The notes: generated by a model not told the origin, from the letters alone. DNA of 63,414 bases, filler included, from Octopus bimaculoides (GCF_001194135.2; 4 parts of 4 records of this genome joined end to end with filler, not necessarily neighbours in it), one strand, 5' to 3'; shown: positions 13,051 to 25,006, counted from the whole stretch's first letter. Numbers and translations: made by a program.

Positions 13051-13266
13051 TGAATGCCATTCGATATGTCTGTGTGCGCGCGCTTCAATTATATGCATAT
13101 ATGTTAGTGATTATATGCATATATGCTAGTATATATATATATATATGTGTGTGTATACACACACGCCAAAACGCATATACGCACACTCATATACAAGCAC
13201 ACACATGTATATAGTAGACTAATATAAAGTTATTGGTCCCAAAAATACATCAATGTACATATATAC

Positions 13267-13299
<33 letters not shown>

Positions 13300-14349
13300 T
13301 GTATGTATATATATATATATATATATATATANNNNNNNNNNNNNNNNNNNNNNNNNNNNNNNNNNNNNNNNNNNNNNNNNNNNNNNNNNNNNNNNNNNNN
13401 NNNNNNNNNNNNNNNNNNNNNNNNNNNNNNNNNNNNNNNNNNNNNNNNNNNNNNNNNNNNNNNNNNNNNNNNNNNNNNNNNNNNNNNNNNNNNNNNNNNN
13501 NNNNNNNNNNNNNNNNNNNNNNNNNNNNNNNNNNNNNNNNNNNNNNNNNNNNNNNNNNNNNNNNNNNNNNNNNNNNNNNNNNNNNNNNNNNNNNNNNNNN
13601 NNNNNNNNNNNNNNNNNNNNNNNNNNNNNNNNNNNNNNNNNNNNNNNNNNNNNNNNNNNNNNNNNNNNNNNNNNNNNNNNNNNNNNNNNNNNNNNNNNNN
13701 NNNNNNNNNNNNNNNNNNNNNNNNNNNNNNNNNNNNNNNNNNNNNNNNNNNNNNNNNNNNNNNNNNNNNNNNNNNNNNNNNNNNNNNNNNNNNNNNNNNN
13801 NNNNNNNNNNNNNNNNNNNNNNNNNNNNNNNNNNNNNNNNNNNNNNNNNNNNNNNNNNNNNNNNNNNNNNNNNNNNNNNNNNNNNNNNNNNNNNNNNNNN
13901 NNNNNNNNNNNNNNNNNNNNNNNNNNNNNNNNNNNNNNNNNNNNNNNNNNNNNNNNNNNNNNNNNNNNNNNNNNNNNNNNNNNNNNNNNNNNNNNNNNNN
14001 NNNNNNNNNNNNNNNNNNNNNNNNNNNNNNNNNNNNNNNNNNNNNNNNNNNNNNNNNNNNNNNNNNNNNNNNNNNNNNNNNNNNNNNNNNNNNNNNNNNN
14101 NNNNNNNNNNNNNNNNNNNNNNNNNNNNNNNNNNNNNNNNNNNNNNNNNNNNNNNNNNNNNNNNNNNNNNNNNNNNNNNNNNNNNNNNNNNNNNNNNNNN
14201 NNNNNNNNNNNNNNNNNNNNNNNNNNNNNNNNNNNNNNNNNNNNNNNNNNNNNNNNTATATATATATATATATATTTATCTCCCTCAATCTACCTATCTA
14301 TATGAGTGTCTGCCTTTCGGTCTGTCTGTATGTATGTCTGTCTGCCTGC

Positions 14350-14405
<56 letters not shown>

Positions 14406-14534
14406 TTGTTTTATGTGTATAAAAGTGTGTATGTTTTATGTGTGTTTATGTATATATATATGCATATATATGCATAATGTATATGATAATATATTATGGA
14501 GATAAATGTGTTGTATGAATATTGTTTATAAATA

Positions 14535-14830
14535 CCTGGTTCCAGATACAGTTCCCTGTCGTAGCACTTTCGGTAACATCTTTTTCTACAACAACCGCGG
14601 GCTAACATACAGCGTGTGAATAGATTTGGTAGACAGAAAAAAGGAGGAAACACGTTGTGTCTGTGGGTATGTGTATATTTTTGACTGTGTGTATCTGTGC
14701 GAGTGTTTGTGCATTTGTTTGTCCCCCACCAACAGTTAACAACCGTTGTTAGTGTTTTTATGTCCCGAGATCAAACGGTTCAGCCGTGATAATAATTGAA
14801 TAAGCACTAGCCTTAAAAATAAAACTATCG
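14535..14830 (+). mobile_element. SINE family A, degenerate
   Basis: gatttggtagacagaaa, tttgtcccccacc, aacaaccgttgttagtgtttttatgtccc and aacggttcagc in the family-A order. Confidence 0.6.
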
Positions 14831-14861
14831 GCGTAAACACATACAAACGCACACGTGCGTA

Positions 14862-14900
<39 letters not shown>

Positions 14901-15944
14901 TTATCTATCTATATATCTATCTATCTGACTTTTTCAATTCCCGAGCGTTATACTAATACATCAGTTTGTTTTCTGCACCACCTGTCTTCGCCTTGTTTTT
15001 TTTGTGAATTCTCCCTATATATATGTGTGTGTGTGTGNNNNNNNNNNNNNNNNNNNNNNNNNNNNNNNNNNNNNNNNNNNNNNNNNNNNNNNNNNNNNNN
15101 NNNNNNNNNNNNNNNNNNNNNNNNNNNNNNNNNNNNNNNNNNNNNNNNNNNNNNNNNNNNNNNNNNNNNNNNNNNNNNNNNNNNNNNNNNNNNNNNNNNN
15201 NNNNNNNNNNNNNNNNNNNNNNNNNNNNNNNNNNNNNNNNNNNNNNNNNNNNNNNNNNNNNNNNNNNNNNNNNNNNNNNNNNNNNNNNNNNNNNNNNNNN
15301 NNNNNNNNNNNNNNNNNNNNNNNNNNNNNNNNNNNNNNNNNNNNNNNNNNNNNNNNNNNNNNNNNNNNNNNNNNNNNNNNNNNNNNNNNNNNNNNNNNNN
15401 NNNNNNNNNNNNNNNNNNNNNNNNNNNNNNNNNNNNNNNNNNNNNNNNNNNNNNNNNNNNNNNNNNNNNNNNNNNNNNNNNNNNNNNNNNNNNNNNNNNN
15501 NNNNNNNNNNNNNNNNNNNNNNNNNNNNNNNNNNNNNNNNNNNNNNNNNNNNNNNNNNNNNNNNNNNNNNNNNNNNNNNNNNNNNNNNNNNNNNNNNNNN
15601 NNNNNNNNNNNNNNNNNNNNNNNNNNNNNNNNNNNNNNNNNNNNNNNNNNNNNNNNNNNNNNNNNNNNNNNNNNNNNNNNNNNNNNNNNNNNNNNNNNNN
15701 NNNNNNNNNNNNNNNNNNNNNNNNNNNNNNNNNNNNNNNNNNNNNNNNNNNNNNNNNNNNNNNNNNNNNNNNNNNNNNNNNNNNNNNNNTATACATATAT
15801 ATATATGCATATGTTTATACGTATAAACATATATGTAACAATATATGTATATATATGTATCTATATCGATGACTAAAGAATATATTAGAAACATCATACC
15901 AAAAAATACAACATCAGGTTTTTTTCTTCCAATATGATATATAT

Positions 15945-16217
15945 TCGACGGATATTTGTCCTAATCTTGTTTGCTGTTAACACAACGTTTCGGCTAATAT
16001 ACCCTCCAGCCTTGATCAGGTGTCTTGGGGAAATTTTGAACCTCGGTTCTCATTCCTAAGGTATTTTTCGTTGATGTTATTATTATTATTGTTGTTGTTG
16101 TTGTTATTATTATTATTATTATTATTAGTAGTAGTAGTAGTAGTATTAGTATTATTCAGATTTCTGAATGGAATCGAACTCGGAATCTTGAGGCTAGTAG
16201 CCCGCGCCACATGCCGG
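15945..16217 (-). mobile_element. Composite element: tRNA-like head, trinucleotide spacer, Penelope-pLTR-like tail with a hammerhead ribozyme
   Basis: Minus strand: ggcatgtggcgcgggctactagcctcaagattccgaGTTCGATTCC (B box at 16169-16178), then (AAT/ACT/AAC)n, then catcaacgaaaaataccttaggaatgagaaccgaggttcaaaatttccccaagacacCTGATCAaggctg..ttagccGAAACGTTgtgtt. Confidence 0.65.
15979..16024 (-). ncRNA. Minimal type I hammerhead ribozyme (Penelope type) with a G8-to-C core substitution
   Basis: GACAC (stem I), CUGAUCA, A, GGCUG/UUAGCC (stem II), GAAAC, GUU (palindromic ACGU stem III and NUH triplet), GUGUU (stem I'). All elements read directly. Confidence 0.7.
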
Positions 16218-16465
16218 TTTCGCTCGCGTGTTTCGAAAGTGTGAGTGCTGGATACAATTTGGAGTTACAGATTATATTTGCTAGGTAAATCTAAATTGTA
16301 CCCAACACTGAAACTTGAGCATTAGCGAAACCGATTATAACATGTTAGAAGAAAAAGAATCTTATTTTGTATAATATTGTATAATAATCTTATGATGATT
16401 CTAACATTATTTAGTCGCGTAAAAAAACAAATCTGTGTTTCTTCATCTTTACTGTTTCTAGTATA

Positions 16466-16543
<78 letters not shown>

Positions 16544-16587
16544 NNNNNNNNNNNNNNNNNNNNNNNNNNNNNNNNNNNNNNNNNNNN

Positions 16588-16599
16588 TTAATTAATTAA
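16588..16599. other. Artificial scaffold linker TTAATTAATTAA (stop codons in all six frames) inside a 100-bp N44-12-N44 pad
   Basis: Identical geometry at all three sites in the window. Confidence 0.95.
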
Positions 16600-16643
16600 N
16601 NNNNNNNNNNNNNNNNNNNNNNNNNNNNNNNNNNNNNNNNNNN

Positions 16644-17282
16644 CGTTTCAAACAGATATTTCCTCAGCCACCCATTGTAGCCTTTAGATGGAATAAGAAT
16701 ATAAGAGAATTATTGACTTCTATATCTGACTCCAAGAAAACGAACATTGGAGTATCTACATGCTGTACCTTAAAGAACAGCCGCAAGAGAGGTAAGCCCT
16801 GTTCATTGTGCAGCAACATGAGTGAAGTGAATTCCATCAGAAATCATAACAGAAATGTTTATACAGAAGGTAGAACATGTAAAGATTCCCATTTGGTGTA
16901 CGCTGCAGAATGCACAAAACACAACTTGATTTATGTTGGTTGTACAACAGAACGATTAAACAAAAGGTTTNNNNNNNNNNACTTGATTTATGTTGGTTGT
17001 ACAACAGAACGATTAAACAAAAGGTTTAATGGGCACAGATTCGACGTCAGGCACAATAACAGTAGTTCAACAGAACTCAATGAACATTTCATTTCAAGCG
17101 ACTGCAATTTTGAAGAAAACTTGAAAGTGCATATTCTCACAAAATATTCTGAATCTGCCCCACTTTCACTTCTCTGAATGTATGAGGAGAAATATGTTTG
17201 CGGGTTATTAACATCACACTCTGGAGGAATGAATAAGATGACAGGAGAATATAATCAAATTTATACAAAACTTTTTGGTTAA
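16644..17282 (+). pseudogene. GIY-YIG endonuclease domain of the Penelope ORF (partial, one premature stop)
   Basis: LVY..C....IYVG.T...L..RF..HR motif; the TGA fits CGA-to-TGA decay. Confidence 0.85.
16924..17027. other. Assembly artefact: exact 47-bp duplication flanking a 10-N gap
   Basis: 16924-16970 is identical to 16981-17027, as expected from an unmerged contig overlap. Confidence 0.9.
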
Positions 17283-17858
17283 ATATTCTTCTTTCTCTCT
17301 TTTTCTTTCCTTTTTTTTGTATCTTTTTTCTATTTCTTTCTGTGTTTTTCTTTTCGCCTGTTATAAAGTTGTAACTTAAAAACTGATGATGTCATTCCAT
17401 CAACGTATGGACGCTGGTTGCTATTATTCATACTTTATGTTTAAATTTCTGTAATTTTGAATTTTTATCACTTGTTATTTTGAACTTGACAAAGACAGAT
17501 GTACTGTTGAAATATCATTTAACTAATAAAATATCTTACAATCAAATTGCGCTCTTCGTCTTGACTGTTTACCATTGTGAAGAGTTACGTCAATCCTAGT
17601 AATAATAATAATTAATTCTGGTTTTATTAGCCACTAGGGCTAATATAAATCAAAAACATGTAAGGACAAACACAGGATGAAAGGGTTTTGCGAAAAAGAA
17701 AGGTCTGGGTAAACATTAGAAAACAGCAAAAAATATAACAAGTAGAACTCCCAATAGGGAAAGGTTACTTGTGGAAAAACCCATAAAAGCTATGGGAGCC
17801 TGGTCAAACAGGGAGAGAGCCCCCTTCTTCTTTTATATTCCTTTTTTTTTTTACAGGT

Positions 17859-20800
17859 TTAACTTAGAATTGGTCTGTTCATACTGGCCATTTTACCGAC
17901 ATTCACCCACCTTTCAATAAATTTGCTATGAGACAGCACTTCCCTCTCTACTCTCACCTTCTTTTTAAGTGGAACTTGAAAAAGTTGATGAGGCCTTGGC
18001 CAAAGAGGAAAGTATCTGACTTTAGCCCTTTCAAACGGGTCCACCATACCACTTCTTTCGCTATAGCCACCAGACAAATGAAAATTGCCTTGCCCTCCCG
18101 GTTAAAGGAGATCGGCGGGGCAATCTCCATTATGGATTCAGCTGATTGCTGGATCCGTCCTACATGCGACAGTAGCTGTTCAACATAAACCCACAGGTCA
18201 GCAATACTCAGGTACTGGACGAGTACGTGCAGAATGGTTTCGTTACCCTGAGCGTACCTCGGGCAGGCCCAGCTGACGGCACTTCTGTGCCGGTAGAGCT
18301 TATCGTGAACAGGCAGCGCCCCTCAGTAGCACTGCCTGGCGAGGGACCTTTGAAAGTTATCCATGGGCCCTGGCCTGAAAGTTCTTCTGAACAGACTGTT
18401 TAGCTGATCATTGTCGACACCTAGAGTTTCCCCGAGAATGTTGTTGCACTTTTCCAGCACGAACCCTCTATAGAATGCTAGAGTGGAACTACTACCAATC
18501 GCATTGCCCACCTGGCGGAGGGCACTGAGAGCTTGATAGCACTCAAGGTGCCAAGTGCCCTTTCTTGGTTTACGTNNNNNNNNNNNNNNNNNNNNNNNNN
18601 NNNNNNNNNNNNNNNNNNNNNNNNNNNNNNNNNNNNNNNNNNNNNNNNNNNNNNNNNNNNNNNNNNNNNNNNNNNNNNNNNNNNNNNNNNNNNNNNNNNN
18701 NNNNNNNNNNNNNNNNNNNNNNNNNNNNNNNNNNNNNNNNNNNNNNNNNNNNNNNNNNNNNNNNNNNNNNNNNNNNNNNNNNNNNNNNNNNNNNNNNNNN
18801 NNNNNNNNNNNNNNNNNNNNNNNNNNNNNNNNNNNNNNNNNNNNNNNNNNNNNNNNNNNNNNNNNNNNNNNNNNNNNNNNNNNNNNNNNNNNNNNNNNNN
18901 NNNNNNNNNNNNNNNNNNNNNNNNNNNNNNNNNNNNNNNNNNNNNNNNNNNNNNNNNNNNNNNNNNNNNNNNNNNNNNNNNNNNNNNNNNNNNNNNNNNN
19001 NNNNNNNNNNNNNNNNNNNNNNNNNNNNNNNNNNNNNNNNNNNNNNNNNNNNNNNNNNNNNNNNNNNNNNNNNNNNNNNNNNNNNNNNNNNNNNNNNNNN
19101 NNNNNNNNNNNNNNNNNNNNNNNNNNNNNNNNNNNNNNNNNNNNNNNNNNNNNNNNNNNNNNNNNNNNNNNNNNNNNNNNNNNNNNNNNNNNNNNNNNNN
19201 NNNNNNNNNNNNNNNNNNNNNNNNNNNNNNNNNNNNNNNNNNNNNNNNNNNNNNNNNNNNNNNNNNNNNNNNNNNNNNNNNNNNNNNNNNNNNNNNNNNN
19301 NNNNNNNNNNNNNNNNNNNNNNNNNATGTCATCGGCATAGGCAGACACTCTCTTTTCACTTCCCAGATCACACGGGACACTCCTCAAAGCCTCCAACTTC
19401 CGCAGTAATGGCTCAAGAGTCAATATTTAGAGGAGGGAGGAGAGAGGGCATCCTTAACGGAATGAATGCGAGATGCTGAATGGCTCCAAAAGGTGACTGT
19501 TCACTCGTATGACCGAGCAGATACCGCTGTACAAAGCAGCAATCCATCTACAGAAAACCAGACCGAAACCGGCTGCCTCGAGAACAGCTGCTAGGTATCA
19601 ATGGTCGACCCTATCAAAGGCTTTAGACTGATCTAAATTGATCAAAGCCCCACGCGCGCCAGCTTCATTACCCACCCTCTCTATGATGTAGCGCATGAGG
19701 ATGGAGGTTATCATGGATAAATGTGGTTGGCATGGCACATGTCTGTGCTTCGCCAATCAGCTCGTCCACGACAAGTGCCAACCACTTGGCTAGCACCTTG
19801 GCCAAAATCTTCAACTCTGCATTGAGCAGAGTGATGAGCCTAAAGTTCCCTATCATGTCCCTCTTGTTTGATTCCTTTCTCACCAGTGCCACCACTCTTC
19901 GACAAACAAAAGCAGGAATTCTCCTGTTTTGTTGCCAGTTGCAGTAGACATTCACCAAGAGGCCCGCAAACAAGTTTGGCATTGAAATGTAAAGCTCGTA
20001 GGGCAGACCATCCAAACCCAGCGATCTACCTCTACTTCCCAGGAAGTTATTGGTCTTTCACAGCACTCTGCCTCATTGGCCGAGAGTCGCAGCAGGCTGC
20101 CCAGGTACACACCGAACTCTGTCCCACCACTCGTCCCAAACATTCGAGCAAAGTGCTGTTGAAAGGCTACACACATCTGCTTTGGTTCAGAAACCTTGCA
20201 CCCATTCTGCTCCACCAAAGATCGAATGGTTGCTCTGTTGCCGCGCTTCGCTTCCGCCACGCAGGTCCACCAAGTGGCCATAGTCCCCTCCCCACTTACC
20301 GAACGTGCCTTAGCTATGACAACGCAGCCTTCATGTTTGGCGTCAAATTGTTGGTAGAGGGCCAACCTGGCTGCCAACACATCAGTTGTGATGCCTGTCC
20401 TAAGAGCCTCATCTAGTTTCCTAACTAAATCCCACTCTGTTTTCTTAAGTTCTACAGCTAGAGCCTTACTAAACCTAATAGATTCTGCTCTAATTGCTCT
20501 CTTCAGAGCAAACTACCATTTGTTGTTGATGATTTCCCCCATCAATGCTTGTTTAACTAATAAACTAATCCGGTCTCTGTAGGTTTTGCACACTGGTAAC
20601 GACGTGTTTAGTTTTCAGTAACTGGGACCCTGTCTATAGAACCTATCTAAGTCGACTGTACAGATCACGAATTTGTGGTCTGTGTAGCCAACTATGTTGA
20701 ACTGTGGACATCCTATGCTGTCCTTATCCACTGGCCTATAGAAAACTCTAAGTACGATCTAGAAGACCCAATGCGATTAGTCCAAGTCCACTTTGGCACA

Positions 20801-21360
20801 TTCAGGTTGTTTAGTTGACACCTATCAGACAGCTGAAAGCATCTGAGCAGGTTAGCAAGGCTCTTGCACCTCCCTCCCCTTTCAGACGTTCCCACGCCCA
20901 CCCGATCGAAACGTTCATCTAAGACAGCGTTCCAATCCCCAACTTGCACTAAAGTGTGAGACATGCCCAGGAAAACCTCCAGACGCTTGAAATAATCTGA
21001 CTGCTCTGCTCCTGTCAGAGCGTAGGCAGCCAGCAGTCTGAAGGCACCACCGTCACAACCGTGCACGTTCAGAATCACCAACTTACCTTCTGGATCCAGG
21101 AAGACTGCCTTTATTTTCAAATCCAGGCCTTTCCGAAATAGCACCACAGTACCACCACCACCCGCTCGCAGCTGACACAGAGATAGAAAAATCTCGTATC
21201 CGCCAAAAAGAGCTGCAAGTTCCTACGAGTTGGAGAGCTTGGTTTCGCTAATGACTGCTACATCCACACTGTTAGACCTCGGGTCGTTTAAGAGGTGACC
21301 TTGTTTCTAAGGCAACCTGAGGCCTCTCACATTTATGCTACCTATTCTGAGCACAACCAT
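17859..21360 (-). pseudogene. Tx1/L1 ORF2 (APE endonuclease, RT, CCHC) with several stops and frameshifts and a 750-N gap
   Basis: ORF-track pieces 20713-21147, 19668-20015, 18323-19423 and 17859-18077 join into a single EN-RT-ZnK polyprotein. Confidence 0.9.
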
Positions 21361-21399
21361 GTTTTTAAAAAAAAAAAAGATTTATGCAGGAGAAAAAGC

Positions 21400-23254
21400 T
21401 CTACTTACCACAGTTGTCTGGTGGGGTGGCTCCCTTGTGCTTTTGTGTGGGTATTTCCACCAGATTTTTGAATAGTGTTTTTTTGAGAAACTTTTTCCGA
21501 GCGACCCAACATCATTTGGAAATCTGTTTTTCATTTTCTTGTAGTTCTCATTTGATATTTTGAGTGTGAGTATGTGTGCTGGTGGTGTGTTGTGTGTGGG
21601 TATGACAAAATCTGATATTTTCTTCCAAGTATGTGACTAGGTGTTCATTGTTTGTGTTTACTGTTGTAACATTGGTATTGGTGGTGTCTGTGTGTGTTGG
21701 TGTTTGCGGTGGTAGTGCTAGAGGTGTTGTTGAATTTTGTGAATGCATGTTGTTGCTGTTGTTGGGAAGCCCTAGTTTCTTGCGCCTCCCCACTTTGTCT
21801 GTTGTCTCTTTATACTTCTTCTTTCATTTCTTTTTCGGTGGCACTGTGTGCTATTCCCCTTTCTTGCTATCAGTGCTCGCACCATCTGAGCTGATTTGGT
21901 CGGAAAAGGGGATGTCCTTGGGGTCCATTACATTGTTTTGTGATGCATTTTCATCTGTTGTTTTTGTTGGTGTTTTTGCTGTCGAAAATGGTGTTGTTGT
22001 TCTTGGTGATGGTATGATTGTCTTGTTTGGTGTCATCACTCTTGGTGTTGGCCTGCTGATGGTTGGAGGTAGTGTCGCTTTTGGTGGTGTTGGTAGTCCG
22101 GAAGCTTTTGGTTTTTTCTGCTGCATCTCCTATTGTTGTTGTTGCTGCTGCTGCACTGGAGATGTATCTGGCGACTTCTTTTTTCTCTCCACCTCCATTC
22201 TTTCCTTATAAATGGGGCAATCTACTTTTAAATGCTTTTCGCTGCTGCAGAGGTAGTACTTTGGTCTTCGCCCCTCTACAGCAAAATGCAGCCTTGTGCC
22301 ATCCGCCAAATTTATGGAGTCGGGTATGGTATTTATGCTTTCTTGTTCAATTTGAACGAGAAGCAGCATACCCATACCTGATCAGTTTTGACTGTGCAAT
22401 TTATGCACTTCCAAAATAGTGGCAGTGTCTTCTATGTTGTAGAGGACAGCTGCCACTAGCCAGCATATATTTAGTTTGGGCGGCACTTGCTTGATTTTTA
22501 TCTTTGTGACGCGCCGACCAAGATATGTCGGCATGAGCAGCAAATCCTCAGTTTTGAGGGGTGTTGTGGAATGCTGTTTTGCTTCTTTTTCAGTTGGGAA
22601 GTGAACTTCTACAGTTCCAAATTGCTTCCCCTTGGTTACGAAAGATTTTTTTACCCCATATGTGCTTGAGTGCTATCTCCAATTGCTGTGGAGTTGCCCC
22701 TTCTATTTTTTTATGTTTTACATTGAAGATTTTATAAATGATCATCCCTTCTGTTGGTTTCCTGTATTAGCTTTTGTGGAGTGTTAAGGAAGACATTGTT
22801 TCCATCTTTCCTTTGCACTTTTTATGTCATCCATTGTAATTTTGATTTCCTCCAAGCTTTGCTTAGCTGCGGATGTGAAACCATTTCAATGGGTTTTGTT
22901 GTTGGTCTTGGTGGTGTTGCTGGTGTTAGGTTCTTTGGTAGTCATGTTATTTCTCTCTTCCTCCTTCTCCAGTGTAGGAGCAATAGTGGTGGTGAGAGCT
23001 GGGAAATGCAGATTCGAAAGGCAGTTCAAAGAACAGCCTTCATTTTCATCAGTGGCGCTGCACGAGGTGGAACGCTGATTCTCTTCCACTTCTTTGCCTT
23101 TTAAGGCGCGAATCGGGTGGAGTGTGCTATTACTTGACATCCGACTTGACTTGTTGTCCGTTGACAGAGGGTGTGGTGGACAAAGAAAGGAACAGCTTAC
23201 TGTTCTCTTCAAAGACACTTTAGTAAAATTAAAAACTTTCAATGACAATTTCAA
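21400..23254 (-). pseudogene. Tx1/L1 ORF1 (gag-like zinc knuckle, poly-Q, T/P/N-rich tail), broken
   Basis: LHFAVEGRRPKYYLCSSEKHLKVDCP (degenerate CX2CX4HX4C) in ORF 22130-22375, lying directly upstream of ORF2. Confidence 0.75.
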
Positions 23255-23436
23255 ATTTTAAAACGTAAACTTCACCTCTAAAAGGAGAAAATTCTGCCTA
23301 ACCGACAAGCTCCACAAGAACCTAGTCAGCTTGGCTACACAAATATTCAAAAATATACAAGTGTTACGCAATATTTCCAATAAAAATTGGCCAAAAACTT
23401 ACAGCTTCTAGAGACATGTCCATCTGCTTTCAAAAC

Positions 23437-23485
<49 letters not shown>

Positions 23486-23486
<1 letters not shown>

Positions 23487-24206
23487 GATTGAAGCTATCA
23501 ACACCTGGGCAGTTTCACTCCTTAGATATGGAGCAGGGGTAATCGCAGTAGACGAACTAAACAGCTTAGACAGAAAGGCAAGGAAGTTGCTAACTAGATA
23601 TGAGTCACTCCACCCAAAAAGTGACACAGACAGACTGTATGTACCAAGAAAAAGAGGGGGAAGAGGACTTATTGGATGTGAACACAGCATTAGAGCAGAA
23701 GAAAACAACATAGTATGGTATGTAAAAAATGCCACAGAACCACTATTATGAGAAGTAAGAAGGTCAGGCTTGTGTAGGATGAAAGATTGCAAAGATAAAG
23801 CACTATACAAGGAATTGAAAATGAATGAAACTGAAAATAGGTGGGTAAAGAAAAAGAATGCATAGTCAATTTCATAGGAATGTTGAAGATAAGACAGACA
23901 GAGAAAAAACGATGGCTGTGGATGACTAAAAGTGATTTAAAACCAGAAAAGGAGGCTCTAATCTGTGCTGCCCAAAAGCAAGCACTAAGAACAAACTACA
24001 TGAAATACAGAATAGACAACACCTCAGAAAGTGATAAGTGCAGAATCTGTGGACAAAACGGTGAAACCGTATAGCATATTACCAGCCAATGTACGCCAAT
24101 AGCCCAGAAGGAATACAAGAGACACCACAACAATATAGCCAGGCTTGTCCATTGGACACTTTATGGACTTGACAGAGCAAAAAATTGGTACGACCACAAA
24201 CCTGAA
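23486..24206 (+). mobile_element. Dong/R4-clade (restriction-like endonuclease) LINE fragment 1, 5'-truncated at an (AAT)n tract
   Basis: KIEAINTWAVSLLRYGAG..LDRKARKLLT..LHPKSDTDRLYVPRKRGGRGL; KSDLKPEKEALICAAQKQALRTN..DKCRICGQNGETV.HI. Confidence 0.9.
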
Positions 24207-24941
24207 GTGATGAAACAGATTATAGGTAGGGAGTATACAAGGAAAATGAGGAAAATATTATCAAGGTCGAATTCAAGAAATGTTATTGAAATAATTAAAT
24301 AATTAATTCAAGAGCAGTGCCAGTCATCAGATATGGAGCTGGCACTGTTGACTGGACAAAACACAACATGCAGAAACTTGACAGAAAAATTAGAAAACTG
24401 TTGACTATGTATGGAGCCTACATATCCAAAATTTGATATTAACCAGTTGTACTTGAAGAAAGATCAGGGAGGAAGAGGCTTAATTTGTATAGGAGTGTTT
24501 GCAAATGGAATGAAACAGCTTACTAAATTATTTGTAGAAGAGCATAGAAAAGTTACTACATGCAGTGAATAAAGAACAAGTGATCAAGACTGGAAAAAGA
24601 GTAAGGGACAAGAATGAAATGTTAAATGGACAGATGAAAAACCTTTGTTTGGTCAGTTTTAGAAAGCCACTGAGGATGTATGTGCAACAAAATCCTGGGC
24701 TTTATTGAAAAAAGAAACAGAAAGCTATAATAGCTTCTCATGATCAAGCACTACAAACAAACAACTTAAGAAAATGTGTATGGGGAGAAGGTGCCAGCAA
24801 AATGCAGAGTATGTGGAATTTAGGATGAAAGAATGACACATAGTTCAAGGAAAATATAAGAAATGGAAACAAGATAAACTTGTGAAAGGTTTACCATCTT
24901 GACAGAAATGGGAATCTGAAGCAGAAAGTATTTGAGGACTT
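24207..24941 (+). mobile_element. Dong/R4-clade LINE fragment 2 (more diverged), fused to fragment 1 and ending in (ATA)n
   Basis: RAVPVIRYGAGTVDWTK..KLDRKIRKLLTMYGA, DQGGRGL and HDQALQTN cover the same domain as fragment 1 but are a different sequence. Confidence 0.8.
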
Positions 24942-25006
24942 GATAATAATAATAACAATAATAATGATGATGATGATGATGATAATAATAATAATAACAA
25001 TAATTG

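Larger units (their letters stand above)
16644..17600 (+). mobile_element. Penelope-like element 3' end (probably Neptune-type, with a Cys-rich linker): linker, GIY-YIG endonuclease and 3' terminal region
   Basis: Frame open from 16644: IFPQPPIVAFRWNKNIRELL..CCTLKNSRKRGKPCSLC..TCKDSHLVYAAECTKHNLIYVGCTTERLNKRFNGHR..ELNEHF..E..GGMN. One internal TGA (17175), natural stop at 17280-17282. 3' motif CTTGACAAAG-hairpin-GAAA..AATAAA. Confidence 0.9.
17615..23436 (-). mobile_element. Near full-length L1-clade (Tx1-like) LINE, inactivated, bounded by (AAT)n on both sides
   Basis: Two-ORF layout. ORF2 starts MVVLRIGSINVRGLR (ATG at 21360), then VGDWNAVLD, DGLPYELY, NFRLITLLNAELKILAKVLA, DQSKAFDRVDH, GCPLSSLL, AYADD and a C-terminal CPR..ETILH knuckle. 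AATAAA lies near the 3' end. Confidence 0.93.

Noticed and set aside
16217-16644. Direct linkage of the ribozyme-bearing element to the Penelope ORF
   Set aside because: They are on opposite strands and separated by an artificial scaffold linker; their terminal motifs also differ.
16644-17282. In-frame TGA in the Penelope ORF as a possible selenocysteine (as in some Naiad elements)
   Set aside because: The endonuclease is C-terminal rather than Naiad-like, the TGA is not at a Cys position, CGA-to-TGA decay explains it, and no SECIS was seen.
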